Positions 1 through 9,061 of a stretch of 64,000 bases of DNA are shown here, in pieces (within the stretch, counting starts at the first letter, position 1; the number at the start of each line of letters is the position of its first letter). A program made the translations under genes and the position numbers. The notes under the pieces are model-generated. The model was not told the origin of the DNA, ran no database searches, and saw nothing but the letters and a program-made list of their open reading frames with translations. The stretch is from Patescibacteria group bacterium (GTDB lineage: Bacteria; Patescibacteriota; Minisyncoccia; Phycocordibacterales; PALSA-1337), in NCBI GenBank assembly GCA_038061795.1, contig JBBTYL010000002.1, positions 13,193 to 77,192 on the forward strand, read 5' to 3'.

Positions 1-273
1 ATCGGGCACCAGATCAGGCTCATGAAGCCTAATACTATAGTCACTCAGCTCATGTGGGGCGACAAAACGACAGGATTCAAGTTCCCTCCCATGGTTGAAT
101 TGAAAGTCACTGAAGCTCCGCCGAACATCAAAGGCGACAGCGCGACAGGCGGCAACAAAGTAATTACCGTGGAAACCGGCGCAAACATCAACGCTCCCCT
201 TTTCATTAACGAGGGAGACATCATCAGGATAAATACCGAGACAGGAGAATATCGAGAACGGGTAGGAAAGTAA
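1..273 (+). CDS. efp: Elongation factor P, C-terminal part (5' end outside window)
   Basis: Frame open from base 1; EF-P C-terminal signature ...KGDSATGGNK.ITVETGA.INAPLFINEGD.IRINTETGEY.ER. Confidence 0.95.
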   Translation: MGHQIRLMKPNTIVTQLMWGDKTTGFKFPPMVELKVTEAPPNIKGDSATGGNKVITVETGANINAPLFINEGDIIRINTETGEYRERVGK

Positions 274-283
274 TTTAGACAAA

Positions 284-400
284 AGAAAAAAGTAAGTACG
301 GGGTTCAGGGTACGCACTATTTGCCTTCTGGCAAATGTGCTCGTTCTCGCTCGCCTACGCGAGCTCCGAAGGTCCCCTCACCACATACTTACTTTTTTCT
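284..400. repeat. Palindromic intergenic element A (117 bp)
   Basis: Perfect 15-bp inverted repeat AGAAAAAAGTAAGTA (284-298) / TACTTACTTTTTTCT (386-400) enclosing hairpins ATTTGCC-TTCT-GGCAAAT and GCTCGC-CTAC-GCGAGC. Confidence 0.7.
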
Positions 401-414
401 ATTCCTATTTTTAC

Positions 415-526
415 AAAGAGAAAACGGTATTTGTGAAGAGCCTTTCGCAGGTCACGAAGGTGACCGAGAAGAGCAATTCGTCAACAGACGAATATGCGAG
501 CTCTGAGTAGATACCGTTTTCTCTTT
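415..526. repeat. Palindromic intergenic element B (112 bp)
   Basis: Perfect 16-bp inverted repeat AAAGAGAAAACGGTAT (415-430) / ATACCGTTTTCTCTTT (511-526) enclosing hairpins GGTCAC-GAAG-GTGACC and ATTCGTC-AACA-GACGAAT. Confidence 0.7.
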
Positions 527-532
527 ACCTAA

Positions 533-736
533 TTATCGAGCAACAAATGGAAGAAGTCCCATGAATCGGGCTCGCTTCACCGCCACCGCGAGCTGTCGCT
601 GGCTTCGTGCGGATACCGCAGACTTCTTTCGGCTGATCATTCGGCCGTGAGGATTAAGAAATTTCTTAAGAATTTCCGTATCCTTGTAGTCGATCTGTCG
701 GATATTGTTCTGTGAAAAGTAACACTGTTTATTCAT
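533..736 (-). CDS. rpsR: 30S ribosomal protein S18
   Basis: IDYKD...LKKF...G...R....QRQLA.AVKRARFMGLLPF; rpsF-ssb-rpsR synteny. Confidence 0.97.
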   Translation of the reverse strand: MNKQCYFSQNNIRQIDYKDTEILKKFLNPHGRMISRKKSAVSARSQRQLAVAVKRARFMGLLPFVAR

Positions 737-759
737 TTTATTATGATTAATCTTTTAAT

Positions 760-1218
760 TTAGAATGGGATATCGTCGGGATTTATCTCTTCTTCCGGAT
801 AGTCTATCGTGTCTGTTGGAGCAGCATCTTTTGGAGAAGCATCATCTGCCGGCGCGTCCTTCGGAGCAGCTGATCCGCCGCCTGTCCCTGATGAGCGAGG
901 ACCGAACTGGACTCGATCCGCTACGACCTCCGTCCTGTATTTCTTCTGGCCATCGGCACCATCCCATGATCTGGTCTGCATTCTTCCTTCCACAAGAACG
1001 CTTGAACCCTTCTTGAGATATTGCCCAGCTGTTTCCGCCTGTCGTCCAAATACCACGATATTGTGATAATCCGCCGCTTCCTGCTTCGCGCCATTCTTGT
1101 CCTTCCAAACCCTGTTCGTCGCTACGCTGAATGAACATACCTTCGCCCCTGATGGAAGTGCCTTGACTTCAGGGTCCCTAGTGAGATTCCCGATTATCAT
1201 TGCTTTGTTTAAATACAT
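760..1218 (-). CDS. ssb: Single-stranded DNA-binding protein
   Basis: NKAMIIGNLTRDPE N-terminus, acidic DDIPF tail. Confidence 0.98.
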   Translation of the reverse strand: MYLNKAMIIGNLTRDPEVKALPSGAKVCSFSVATNRVWKDKNGAKQEAADYHNIVVFGRQAETAGQYLKKGSSVLVEGRMQTRSWDGADGQKKYRTEVVADRVQFGPRSSGTGGGSAAPKDAPADDASPKDAAPTDTIDYPEEEINPDDIPF

Positions 1219-1248
1219 ATTTTTCAGTATTAAACTAATAATGCAAAC

Positions 1249-1725
1249 CTAAGCCTCTTTCACCATTGCATCGATGCTTTTGTCCATTTCCTCGATAGAA
1301 GCCGGGGCTACGGGAGCAACTTCCTTGACAGGTTCTGCTGCCACCTCAGGAGAGACCGCTGGGGATTTCTTGCCGAGATATGTATTTTCTCTGACAGTAG
1401 TGATCACAAGCATTCTGAGCATGTGAGGATTCTCCTCAAATGATTTCTTAATGCTCTCGATCTCCTTTACCGGCATCTCGAACTTGAACCAGCCGAAATA
1501 TCCTCGATCGAATCTCTGGTTTGATGTCCCGATCTTCTTGGTCATGGTATACGCCAAAGTCCTGAGTTCTGGAGTCTCCTCTCCTATAAACTCTGCACCT
1601 TTCTTTGAAAGGGCCTCCTTGAGAGAAGCAACCTCAGAAACCACTTTTTCCTCAGGAATCGAAGAAACGAGGAGGTATCCTATTTCATATACGTCCGATC
1701 GGTCTTCCTTGATATTCTTATCCAT
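1249..1725 (-). CDS. rpsF: 30S ribosomal protein S6
   Basis: YEIGYLL...RTLAY.M.K...GYF...LRMLVI; operon position. Confidence 0.92.
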   Translation of the reverse strand: MDKNIKEDRSDVYEIGYLLVSSIPEEKVVSEVASLKEALSKKGAEFIGEETPELRTLAYTMTKKIGTSNQRFDRGYFGWFKFEMPVKEIESIKKSFEENPHMLRMLVITTVRENTYLGKKSPAVSPEVAAEPVKEVAPVAPASIEEMDKSIDAMVKEA

Positions 1726-1884
1726 TTTTCTTTATGCCTTTTCGGCAATAGTGACAGTAATCCACCCTGGTGACGCGAGTGCGTCATTTAGTGGAGCATG
1801 GCCCGTGCGAGCCAGGACTGTTCACGTATTTAATTGATAAATTGCACGTACTCGCAGACTATCACAGCCATGGTGAAATGGCAA
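1726..1884 (-). promoter_or_regulatory. rpsF promoter and ~120-nt structured 5' leader
   Basis: TTGCCA(1884-1879)-N17-TAGTCT(1861-1856) with TG extension; leader can fold GTGAACAGT/ACTGTCAC closing TGGCTC-GCAC-GGGCCA and TCCAC..TGACGC-ACTC-GCGTCA..GTGGA. Confidence 0.55.
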
Positions 1885-1945
1885 CTTTACTCTAGCAAAG
1901 ATTGATGAAGGAACTATTAAGAAAAATTAAAGCTCTGATGAAATT

Positions 1946-2719
1946 CTAAATGCCAAACAATTTGCAAGTATTGTCAACGAGATGCGACAAAACCGTATCC
2001 AGAGATTCACCTCTTATCTCAGCTATCTTATGCGCTGCCTCAATGACATAAGAAGGCTCATTCCTTTGCCCTCGGTACGGTGCAGGCGTCACATAAGGCG
2101 CATCTGTTTCGCTCATGATCATATTCAATGGAATGTTTCTTATGATTTCGTCATAATTTCGAGCAAATGTAATGACGCCAGTGAAAGAGAGCCTGAAGCC
2201 AAGCTTGATAAACTCATGAGCTTCCTCAAGTGAGCCGGCATAAAAATGAACATCGCCAGGAACCTTTGCATGCTTCTTTACTATTTCCAAAGCATCCTTA
2301 TAGGCATTCTGATCAGGACTTGCTCCGCTTCGCAAATGGAGCATCAGCGGCTTCTTCACTTCATTCGCCAAAGAGATCTGCTGTTCAAAAACTTCCTGCT
2401 GCAAAGCCTTCGAGGCATGCTCGGCCCGATAATAATCGAGCCCGCATTCCCCTATCCCGACAGTCCTCGGATGTTCTGCAAGCTTCTTGTATGCCTCGTA
2501 ATCTAATTTCTCATTCTGTACGTCAGTCGGATGCAAACCGATAATGGCCCAGATATCAGGATTCTCTTCAGCCAGCTTCACGGCTTTTTTTGATTCATTT
2601 AAATTCGTACCGACAACAATCATTCCAACGTCTTTCTCTCGGCATCTTGCTATAGCCTCATTCCTATCTAGGTCAAAATCATCGAAGTTGAGGTGGCAAT
2701 GGATGTCTATGTATTTCAT
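1946..2719 (-). CDS. tatD: TatD family metal-dependent DNase
   Basis: DIHCHL, GLHP, IGECGLDY, ETDAPY, RNEP motifs. Confidence 0.95.
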   Translation of the reverse strand: MKYIDIHCHLNFDDFDLDRNEAIARCREKDVGMIVVGTNLNESKKAVKLAEENPDIWAIIGLHPTDVQNEKLDYEAYKKLAEHPRTVGIGECGLDYYRAEHASKALQQEVFEQQISLANEVKKPLMLHLRSGASPDQNAYKDALEIVKKHAKVPGDVHFYAGSLEEAHEFIKLGFRLSFTGVITFARNYDEIIRNIPLNMIMSETDAPYVTPAPYRGQRNEPSYVIEAAHKIAEIRGESLDTVLSHLVDNTCKLFGI

Positions 2720-2820
2720 GCTTTAAAGATAACATATTTCATTGCGTAATTAAAAAATTAATTCTGATTTTAACCTTTCTTAGGTTTTTCCTCATTTCAC
2801 TTTGATAAAGTATTCCCTAT

Positions 2821-2888
2821 GCCGGCGGCATGGTGCTAGAAGGGACTTAGTATTCCCAATCTTGAGGGTTCGATTCCCTCCGTCGGCT
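2821..2888 (+). ncRNA. tRNA-like RNA 1 (non-canonical: reduced D arm, 8-nt anticodon-position loop)
   Basis: 7-bp acceptor GCCGGCG/CGTCGGC, canonical T arm GAGGG-TTCGATT-CCCTC, GGGA-CTTAGTAT-TCCC arm, mini D hairpin GCA-TGG-TGC; upstream TG-A-TAAAGT (2803-2811). Confidence 0.7.
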
Positions 2889-2908
2889 TAGATTAATTTG
2901 AAAAATAT

Positions 2909-2936
2909 TTGACAGATTTTTTGGGTTTGCTATCAT
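2909..2936 (+). promoter_or_regulatory. sigma70-type promoter of partner sRNA 1
   Basis: TTGACA-N16-TATCAT with TG extension. Confidence 0.7.
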
Positions 2937-2941
2937 TGAAA

Positions 2942-3030
2942 ATGTACTAAGTCCCATTCTTGCTCAAATTGGAGCCGAAAGATTGGAATGAAAGTCACCT
3001 TGAGTTAAAAGCTCGGGTGATTTTCTTTTT
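2942..3030 (+). ncRNA. Candidate partner sRNA 1, antisense to tRNA-like RNA 1
   Basis: Starts after the promoter; 2945-2963 TACTAAGTCCC-A-TTCT-T-GC complements 2835-2852; ends in hairpin TCACCTTGAG..CTCGGGTGA plus TTTTCTTTTT. Confidence 0.6.
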
Positions 3031-4468
3031 ATTTCCTCATGAACAAGGGTTTCTCTGGCATCTTTCCGCTTTTGATTCCCTCGAGGATTATCTTCGAAGT
3101 TTCTGGCAAAATTGGCTCAAGCGCTTTTGCAATATGATAAATGGAAGCTAAACAGAAGCTGATTTGCTGCTTGCCCTTCTCCATATCAGTCTTCACTGTC
3201 TTGAATGGCTGGTATTCCTGGATGAACTTGTCCGTTTCCTGGATGCGTAACCAGATGTCGTCGCAGACCTTGTTTATTTCAAATGAAGCGAAAAGTTCTG
3301 CGTGCTTTTGCACATCAAGAGCTGGTGCGGCCTTCTCATCAATAGACACCCCATTGCTTTCCACCATCTTCATGACGCGGCTGACGAGATTCCCAAGCCC
3401 GTTAGCTAGATGCGCATTATAAGCCTCCTTGAATTTCTCCATAGTAAAAGGACTATCCTCAAAGGGGTGCACTTCTTTCAGAAGATACAGGCGCAATGCA
3501 TCAGTGCCATATTCCTTTACAATATCGACTGGATTAATGACATTACCAAGCGATTTGCTCATCTTGATGCCTCCCTCGCCTGTTATGAAGCCGTTTATGA
3601 CTATCTGGCGCGAGTTGGGAAGGCCTACCGACATAAGCATCGCCTGCCACATTGCTGACTGCTGGCGGAGATTGTCCTTGCCACAGTACTGCACCACATT
3701 TTCAGCATCAACCCAATATTTTTTGAAAGAAGCTTGGTTATCCGGCCATCCAAGAGTCGAAATATAATCCACAAGCGCGTCGAACCACACATACATGACA
3801 TGATCCTTATCGTCTGGAACCTCCACCCCCCATGGCATTTTTGTCTTCAGTCTTGAAATGCTAAAATCCTGCAATCCTCTTTCGACAAAAGCTCTTATCT
3901 CATTGAAACGAAAATCTGGAATCACTAATGTAGGATTCTTGGCATAAAAATCAAGAAGCGGCTTCTGGAATTCAGAGAATTTAAAGAAGTAATTTTCTTC
4001 TTCTATTTCTTCGATCGTCATCAGGGAATGTATCGAGCATTTCCCATCCACGAGCTCTGATTCAGTCTTCTCAAGCTCACAACCTATGCAGTATTTGATC
4101 TTGTAATTCTTCTTATAGATGAATCCTTTTTCTTTGCAGAGCTTCCAGAATGCCTGCGCTGCAAGCTTGTGTCCAGCGTCCGTCGTGCGGATGAAATGTA
4201 TGTCGGAAGAAATTCCTAAAAGCGGAATCAAGTTTTTGAATTTTAAAGACAGCTCGTCGACGTACTTCTGCGAATCGACTCCTGCGGCAAGTGCATTGCG
4301 ATGAACCTTGATGCCGTGCTCATCCGTTCCGGTATTGAAAAAGACATCATAGCCCTGTAGCTTCTTTGAACGAGCGATGACATCTGCTCGGATGATTTCC
4401 ATAGCGAACCCAACATGCGGTTCAGCATTCACATATGGAAGCGTAGTTGTAATATAAAAGCTTTTCAT
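3029..4468 (-). CDS. metG: Methionine--tRNA ligase (no C-terminal tRNA-binding domain)
   Basis: TTTLPYVNAEPHVG, GTDEHG, YVWFDAL, KMSKS. Confidence 0.97.
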   Translation of the reverse strand: MKSFYITTTLPYVNAEPHVGFAMEIIRADVIARSKKLQGYDVFFNTGTDEHGIKVHRNALAAGVDSQKYVDELSLKFKNLIPLLGISSDIHFIRTTDAGHKLAAQAFWKLCKEKGFIYKKNYKIKYCIGCELEKTESELVDGKCSIHSLMTIEEIEEENYFFKFSEFQKPLLDFYAKNPTLVIPDFRFNEIRAFVERGLQDFSISRLKTKMPWGVEVPDDKDHVMYVWFDALVDYISTLGWPDNQASFKKYWVDAENVVQYCGKDNLRQQSAMWQAMLMSVGLPNSRQIVINGFITGEGGIKMSKSLGNVINPVDIVKEYGTDALRLYLLKEVHPFEDSPFTMEKFKEAYNAHLANGLGNLVSRVMKMVESNGVSIDEKAAPALDVQKHAELFASFEINKVCDDIWLRIQETDKFIQEYQPFKTVKTDMEKGKQQISFCLASIYHIAKALEPILPETSKIILEGIKSGKMPEKPLFMRK

Positions 4469-5752
4469 TTATTTAAATGTAAGAAGTTTGGCGAATCGCT
4501 CTGTTTCCTTCTCCGTATCCTTATAAGGACCTATTATAGCCATATTCAGCTTTTCATCAACAAAAATCTTCTGCGCAATCGCCCTTACCTCTTCTGCCGT
4601 GACTTTCTGAATCCTTGCAATCTCTTCTGTCGGATTCTCAATCTTCCCTTTCAATATCTGATGCACTGCGCAATACTCGGCTTGCGAATCAGATGTCTCG
4701 AGTCCGAGGACGAACGAGCCTGAGATATAATCCTTGACCTTCTTCAGCTCTGCTTCGTCAATCGGCTCATCAATCACTTTCTTGCATTCGTTTATTAGCG
4801 TCGTGATTACTTCATCTATCCTCTTCGTATCGATTCCGGCAGAAATGGTGAATAATCCATGGTCAGTGTATGCGTCATGATTCGCGCGTATGTAATATCC
4901 GACGCCCATTTCCTCGCGAAGCTTCTGGAACAACCGGGAGCTCATGCCGCCGCCGAGCAAAGTCGAGAGAACCGTAAGCGCATGGTCGTGCTCGCTCTTG
5001 GCATCGTATGAGCGCATTCCAAGGATGATATGGGATTGGTCTGTATCCTTGTACTTCACGAGCAGCTGCGGCTTCGATTGCTGATCTTCAACCTTTAATT
5101 TCGGAGAATTCTTCGTGGTCGAAATATTCAAGAAAGCTTTCTCAACCTTAGCCAGAGTCTCTTTTTCATCAAAAGAACCGGCGACAATGACAATCGTCGA
5201 TCCGGCGACATAATGATCTGCAAGATATTTCTTGAAATCATCCTTGGTGAATCCTCTCACCGTCTGTTCATTGCCAACAATCTTCCATCCGGCTGGTTGG
5301 TCTCCATAGACTAGTTCCATGAAGATATCATGGATATCTCGGTGCGGCATATCCTGATACATCCTCATTTCTTCAACGATAACTCCTTTTTCTTTTTCAA
5401 TTTCTCCTGCATCGAGCAGTGGGTGGAGATAAATATCAGAAACGACATCGAGTGCCGTATCAATATGCTGTGGACTCACCTTTGCGTAATAGCCAGTGTA
5501 TTCCTGTGATGTAAAAGCATTATATTGCGCACCGAGGGACTCGAGTTCACGAGCGATATCGATGGCTTTCGGACGCTTCGGTGTTCCCTTGAAGACCATA
5601 TGCTCAAGGAAATGAGAAAGTCCGCTTGTCTCTTTCTTTTCGTATTTAGAACCGGTTTCTACCATAACAAGCACCGTCACTGCAGGATTATCCTGCATCG
5701 GTACGGTAATGACCTTGAGGCCGTTTGTAAGCGTAGTCGTATTGAATTTCAT
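4469..5752 (-). CDS. M16 (pitrilysin) family zinc peptidase
   Basis: Inverted zinc motif HFLEH, NAFTS, LGGGMSSRLFQ.LRE. Confidence 0.95.
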   Translation of the reverse strand: MKFNTTTLTNGLKVITVPMQDNPAVTVLVMVETGSKYEKKETSGLSHFLEHMVFKGTPKRPKAIDIARELESLGAQYNAFTSQEYTGYYAKVSPQHIDTALDVVSDIYLHPLLDAGEIEKEKGVIVEEMRMYQDMPHRDIHDIFMELVYGDQPAGWKIVGNEQTVRGFTKDDFKKYLADHYVAGSTIVIVAGSFDEKETLAKVEKAFLNISTTKNSPKLKVEDQQSKPQLLVKYKDTDQSHIILGMRSYDAKSEHDHALTVLSTLLGGGMSSRLFQKLREEMGVGYYIRANHDAYTDHGLFTISAGIDTKRIDEVITTLINECKKVIDEPIDEAELKKVKDYISGSFVLGLETSDSQAEYCAVHQILKGKIENPTEEIARIQKVTAEEVRAIAQKIFVDEKLNMAIIGPYKDTEKETERFAKLLTFK

Positions 5753-5764
5753 CAGACGATAGTA

Positions 5765-7093
5765 TTAAGAAATCTTTTCTTCGAGGTATGGGATCAATTT
5801 TTCGATTTCCATCCTTTCCTGCTTTCCAGAATCACGATCGCGAACGGTGACTCCGCTGCCCTTCTCGACAGTCTCGAAATCGACTGTGATGCAGAATGGC
5901 GTTCCGATCTCATCTTGTCGGCGATAGCGCTTGCCGATATTGCCGTTGTCATCGAACATCACTCCAGGAATCTCCTTTCGAAGCATCATATAAATCTCCC
6001 GGGCCTTTTCTACGAGCTGCGGCTTGTTCTTGAGCAATGGGAATACTGCGACTTTGACAGGGGCAACCTTCGGAGAAAACTTGAGATAGACTCTTTTTTC
6101 TCCATCTATCTCATCTTCAGTATAAGCATCTGAAAGCACGGCAAGAAGAAGCCTGTCGAGCCCGAATGTCGGCTCGATGCAATGAGGAATGAATCTTTCC
6201 TTCGTCTCTTCATCAAAATATGAGAGGTCTACCTTGCTTGAATCGTTGTGAGCCTTGAGATCAAAATCCGTCCTGTATGCGATTCCGAGAAGCTCTTTCT
6301 GTCCGAAGGGGAAATCGAATTCCGTATCAACGCTTCTCTTTGAATAGTGAGCACGATCAGCGTCAGGAACTTCTATCTTATGGATCTTTGAAGCATTAAG
6401 GCCAAGCTCTTTGAGGAAATTGATCTGCTCGCCATAAAGTTCTTCAAATGTCTCTTGAACTTTCTTTGGATCTCGAGGATCGACGAAATATTCGATTTCC
6501 ATTTGCTCGAATTCGCGCGATCGAAAGACGAAGTCGCGAGGAGCGATCTCATTCCTGAAAGCCTTCCCAATCTGCGCAAGTCCGAATGGCAACCTAGGAT
6601 GAAGACTGTCGACTATATTCTTGAAATTCACGAACATTCCCTGCGCAGTTTCAGGGCGAAGATAGGAAATAGAAGAAGCATCTTCTGCTGCACCGATGTT
6701 CGTCTTGAACATCATATTGAACTGGCGCGCTTCGCCAAGCTGTCCACCGCAATCAGGACATTTCTTTGCGTCATCAAGCTGATCAGCGCGAAACCGGTGC
6801 TTGCACTTCTTGCACTCGACGAGAGGATCAGAGAATCCCACGACATGCCCGCTGGCTTTCCAAACTTCCTGGTTCATGAGGATTGCCGCATCAACGCCGT
6901 ACATGTCTTCTCTGTCAGTGACAAATTTCTTCCACCACAGGCCTTTTATATTATTTCGCAACGCGACGCCATAAGGTCCGAAATCCCATGTTCCAGCGAG
7001 ACCGCCATAGATTTCTGAACCCTGAAAGACGAAACCTCTGCGTTTCGCTAAGGAAATTATCTTGTCCATCTTTGTCTCTTCTGTTTTTGCCAT
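5765..7093 (-). CDS. glyQS: Glycine--tRNA ligase, homodimeric alpha2 type
   Basis: YLRPETAQG, FRNEI, REFEQME, IEPTFG, IGKRYRRQDEIGTP. Confidence 0.97.
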   Translation of the reverse strand: MAKTEETKMDKIISLAKRRGFVFQGSEIYGGLAGTWDFGPYGVALRNNIKGLWWKKFVTDREDMYGVDAAILMNQEVWKASGHVVGFSDPLVECKKCKHRFRADQLDDAKKCPDCGGQLGEARQFNMMFKTNIGAAEDASSISYLRPETAQGMFVNFKNIVDSLHPRLPFGLAQIGKAFRNEIAPRDFVFRSREFEQMEIEYFVDPRDPKKVQETFEELYGEQINFLKELGLNASKIHKIEVPDADRAHYSKRSVDTEFDFPFGQKELLGIAYRTDFDLKAHNDSSKVDLSYFDEETKERFIPHCIEPTFGLDRLLLAVLSDAYTEDEIDGEKRVYLKFSPKVAPVKVAVFPLLKNKPQLVEKAREIYMMLRKEIPGVMFDDNGNIGKRYRRQDEIGTPFCITVDFETVEKGSGVTVRDRDSGKQERMEIEKLIPYLEEKIS

Positions 7094-7102
7094 AATTTGG
7101 GA

Positions 7103-9037
7103 TTAATTCGTTACTTTCTCATTGCCTTCGTTGAAAGTCTGGTCAGCGCTGAATCGAGTATTGAGTGTCCCTAGATTACTCTTTAATGTTTCGCCTGTAA
7201 AGTCATCCTGAGCCGTGAATGTCGACTGGTTTACGATGACGGGAGTCTGTCCTACCTGCGTCACGCTCGGCACAAGCCCCACCTGGAAGGAGACCTGCTT
7301 TCGTCGTGACGTGCCATTGGTATATGTGCTCAAGCTTCCAACATTCCAAACTATCGTACCGTCGACTTTATTGTAAGTTATATCTTCGGATGAAGGGTCG
7401 GTCTTGCCGAGCCATTTCATATATGGAGGAAGGCTTGATTGGACCTGTCCGTTGGCTATGGTGCTTGAGGTGTTATCCACAGTCCAAATGACCGTGTATG
7501 TCGTTTGCTGTTCTGCCCGAGGAGGAATAGGTCCGCTATTCTCAAAGGGGCCTGTTGAACGAACGACTTGGCCTCCAAGGGAAATGTTGGAAGTTATCTT
7601 GATACGGCGGGCTGCGCTTGAAGTAATGCTTTCTGGCACGGAACTCTCTGAATTCCTTTTGCCCTTAACGCTGATATCGAGCTTGAGATCAGGGTTAGTG
7701 ATCGGCCTCAATGATGTGCTCAAATCGCGCGGAGTCACGGTAAAGCTGACTCGTCCGCTCTCCCCTGCACCGATATCCTTGAGCGCTCTGGTCGTGATTG
7801 CATTCCAGACGATCTCATTGTCAGCTGACTTATAAAGCCCCTGGTCAGGAGCGACCGAAACCTTGTCAAAAGACGTTCCGGAAAGCTTTACGTGTATCTC
7901 CCCGTCTATGATGGATGTAGGGAGATTATTGAAATATGAAATCTCAACTTTGACCGGATTATTGAATGAACCGACATATTCCTGAACCTCTGAATCACCG
8001 TCTAGGGAAACGCCGACGCTCATGAACGGCTTGCGGATGCTGATTTCCTGCGAACTCGAAATGTATTCCGTACCGATAAACTTGTCATTGCGAACGCTCT
8101 GGGCTCCAGTGGTGAATTTGAAAACACGAGCCTCATCATCCTGGCCTTCAAGCTTCCCCTTGATCTTTATCGTCTTTTTGCCTCCCGGAGGTATATCTCC
8201 GATTCTCCAGGTCGTCGTATCGGCTACAGGCTTCAAATCAGAGGACGTGTAAGTGAATCCGAACGGATAGACTGCCTTGAGAAGAAGGCTCTTAATGACT
8301 TCTTTCGAATTCGAATTCATTGTCACCGCCATCTCGAATTCCTGTCCGGAGTTCACCTCCTTGAAGGAAGAAACTGTCAGCGTGATCGGGGATGAGCTTA
8401 CAAGCAGATCAAAAGTCTTTTCTTTTTGGAAAATAGCATTCGAGCCCTTAACGCGGTATTCGATTGAAACCTTGATCTCTTTCTTGCTGTTTTCTTCTCC
8501 ATAGACGATGGCCCTTATCGTCTTCTGCCCTACTCCTCCGGATTCGATATCAGGAATGAGTTCCCGGAAATTCTTGAGTTCCTTCAGGCTGTCATCGGCA
8601 TCCGTCGTGCCAGCAGGAAAATCGACAGAAAGATCGACCGTCTGAAGCTTGATATTATTTTGATTAGATATCTGAACTTCGAAAGAAACCGGTTCGCCGC
8701 CAGCTACGGATACTGGGCCGTTAATCGTGATGTCAACATTATTCGCAGAGACGATGTTAGAGCCGTTGAAAACAAGATAGGCTCCGATGCCAAGCGCAGC
8801 AAGGAAAAAAAATATTGAGCCGATTAGTATTTTCGTAAAAAATGACATGGATGTATCCTTATAGCGCTTATTGAGCTCGATATCTTCCTCTATTTCCTGA
8901 GGATGTTCCCAATCAGTGATGATATTGGACTCCTGCTTCTGGAAGCGAAGGCGACGATGCGTGCGAATGTCGGGCGTATTCCTAGAATAAAGCGATTTTT
9001 TAAGCTCTTCAATCTTACTTTTATCCTCTTGATTCAT
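7103..9037 (-). CDS. Membrane-anchored extracellular protein with beta-rich (Ig/DUF11-like) repeats
   Basis: 644 aa, single TM near aa 66-90, repeated S/T/V-rich beta segments; leaderless TATAAT-N6-ATG start. Confidence 0.7.
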   Translation of the reverse strand: MNQEDKSKIEELKKSLYSRNTPDIRTHRRLRFQKQESNIITDWEHPQEIEEDIELNKRYKDTSMSFFTKILIGSIFFFLAALGIGAYLVFNGSNIVSANNVDITINGPVSVAGGEPVSFEVQISNQNNIKLQTVDLSVDFPAGTTDADDSLKELKNFRELIPDIESGGVGQKTIRAIVYGEENSKKEIKVSIEYRVKGSNAIFQKEKTFDLLVSSSPITLTVSSFKEVNSGQEFEMAVTMNSNSKEVIKSLLLKAVYPFGFTYTSSDLKPVADTTTWRIGDIPPGGKKTIKIKGKLEGQDDEARVFKFTTGAQSVRNDKFIGTEYISSSQEISIRKPFMSVGVSLDGDSEVQEYVGSFNNPVKVEISYFNNLPTSIIDGEIHVKLSGTSFDKVSVAPDQGLYKSADNEIVWNAITTRALKDIGAGESGRVSFTVTPRDLSTSLRPITNPDLKLDISVKGKRNSESSVPESITSSAARRIKITSNISLGGQVVRSTGPFENSGPIPPRAEQQTTYTVIWTVDNTSSTIANGQVQSSLPPYMKWLGKTDPSSEDITYNKVDGTIVWNVGSLSTYTNGTSRRKQVSFQVGLVPSVTQVGQTPVIVNQSTFTAQDDFTGETLKSNLGTLNTRFSADQTFNEGNEKVTN

Positions 9038-9061
9038 CAGGATATTATATCACAAGGCAAA

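Noticed and set aside
1451-1837. Opposite-strand ORFs in the track (e.g. 1451-1837, 5525-6133, 6455-7018, 11516-12079, 23386-23976, 32362-32916, 60407-60967)
   Set aside because: Antisense shadows of well-supported genes with no motifs.
2846-2853. Double-anticodon idea (TTA+GTA reading UAC-UAA; TTC+GTC reading GAC-GAA in copy 2)
   Set aside because: Any antisense hexamer can be parsed this way; there is no independent evidence.
2821-2888. Canonical tRNA-Leu(TAG), tRNA-Tyr(GTA) or ochre suppressor (TTA)
   Set aside because: No U8/A14, 3-bp D hairpin, 4-bp stem with an 8-nt loop; the anticodon cannot be assigned.
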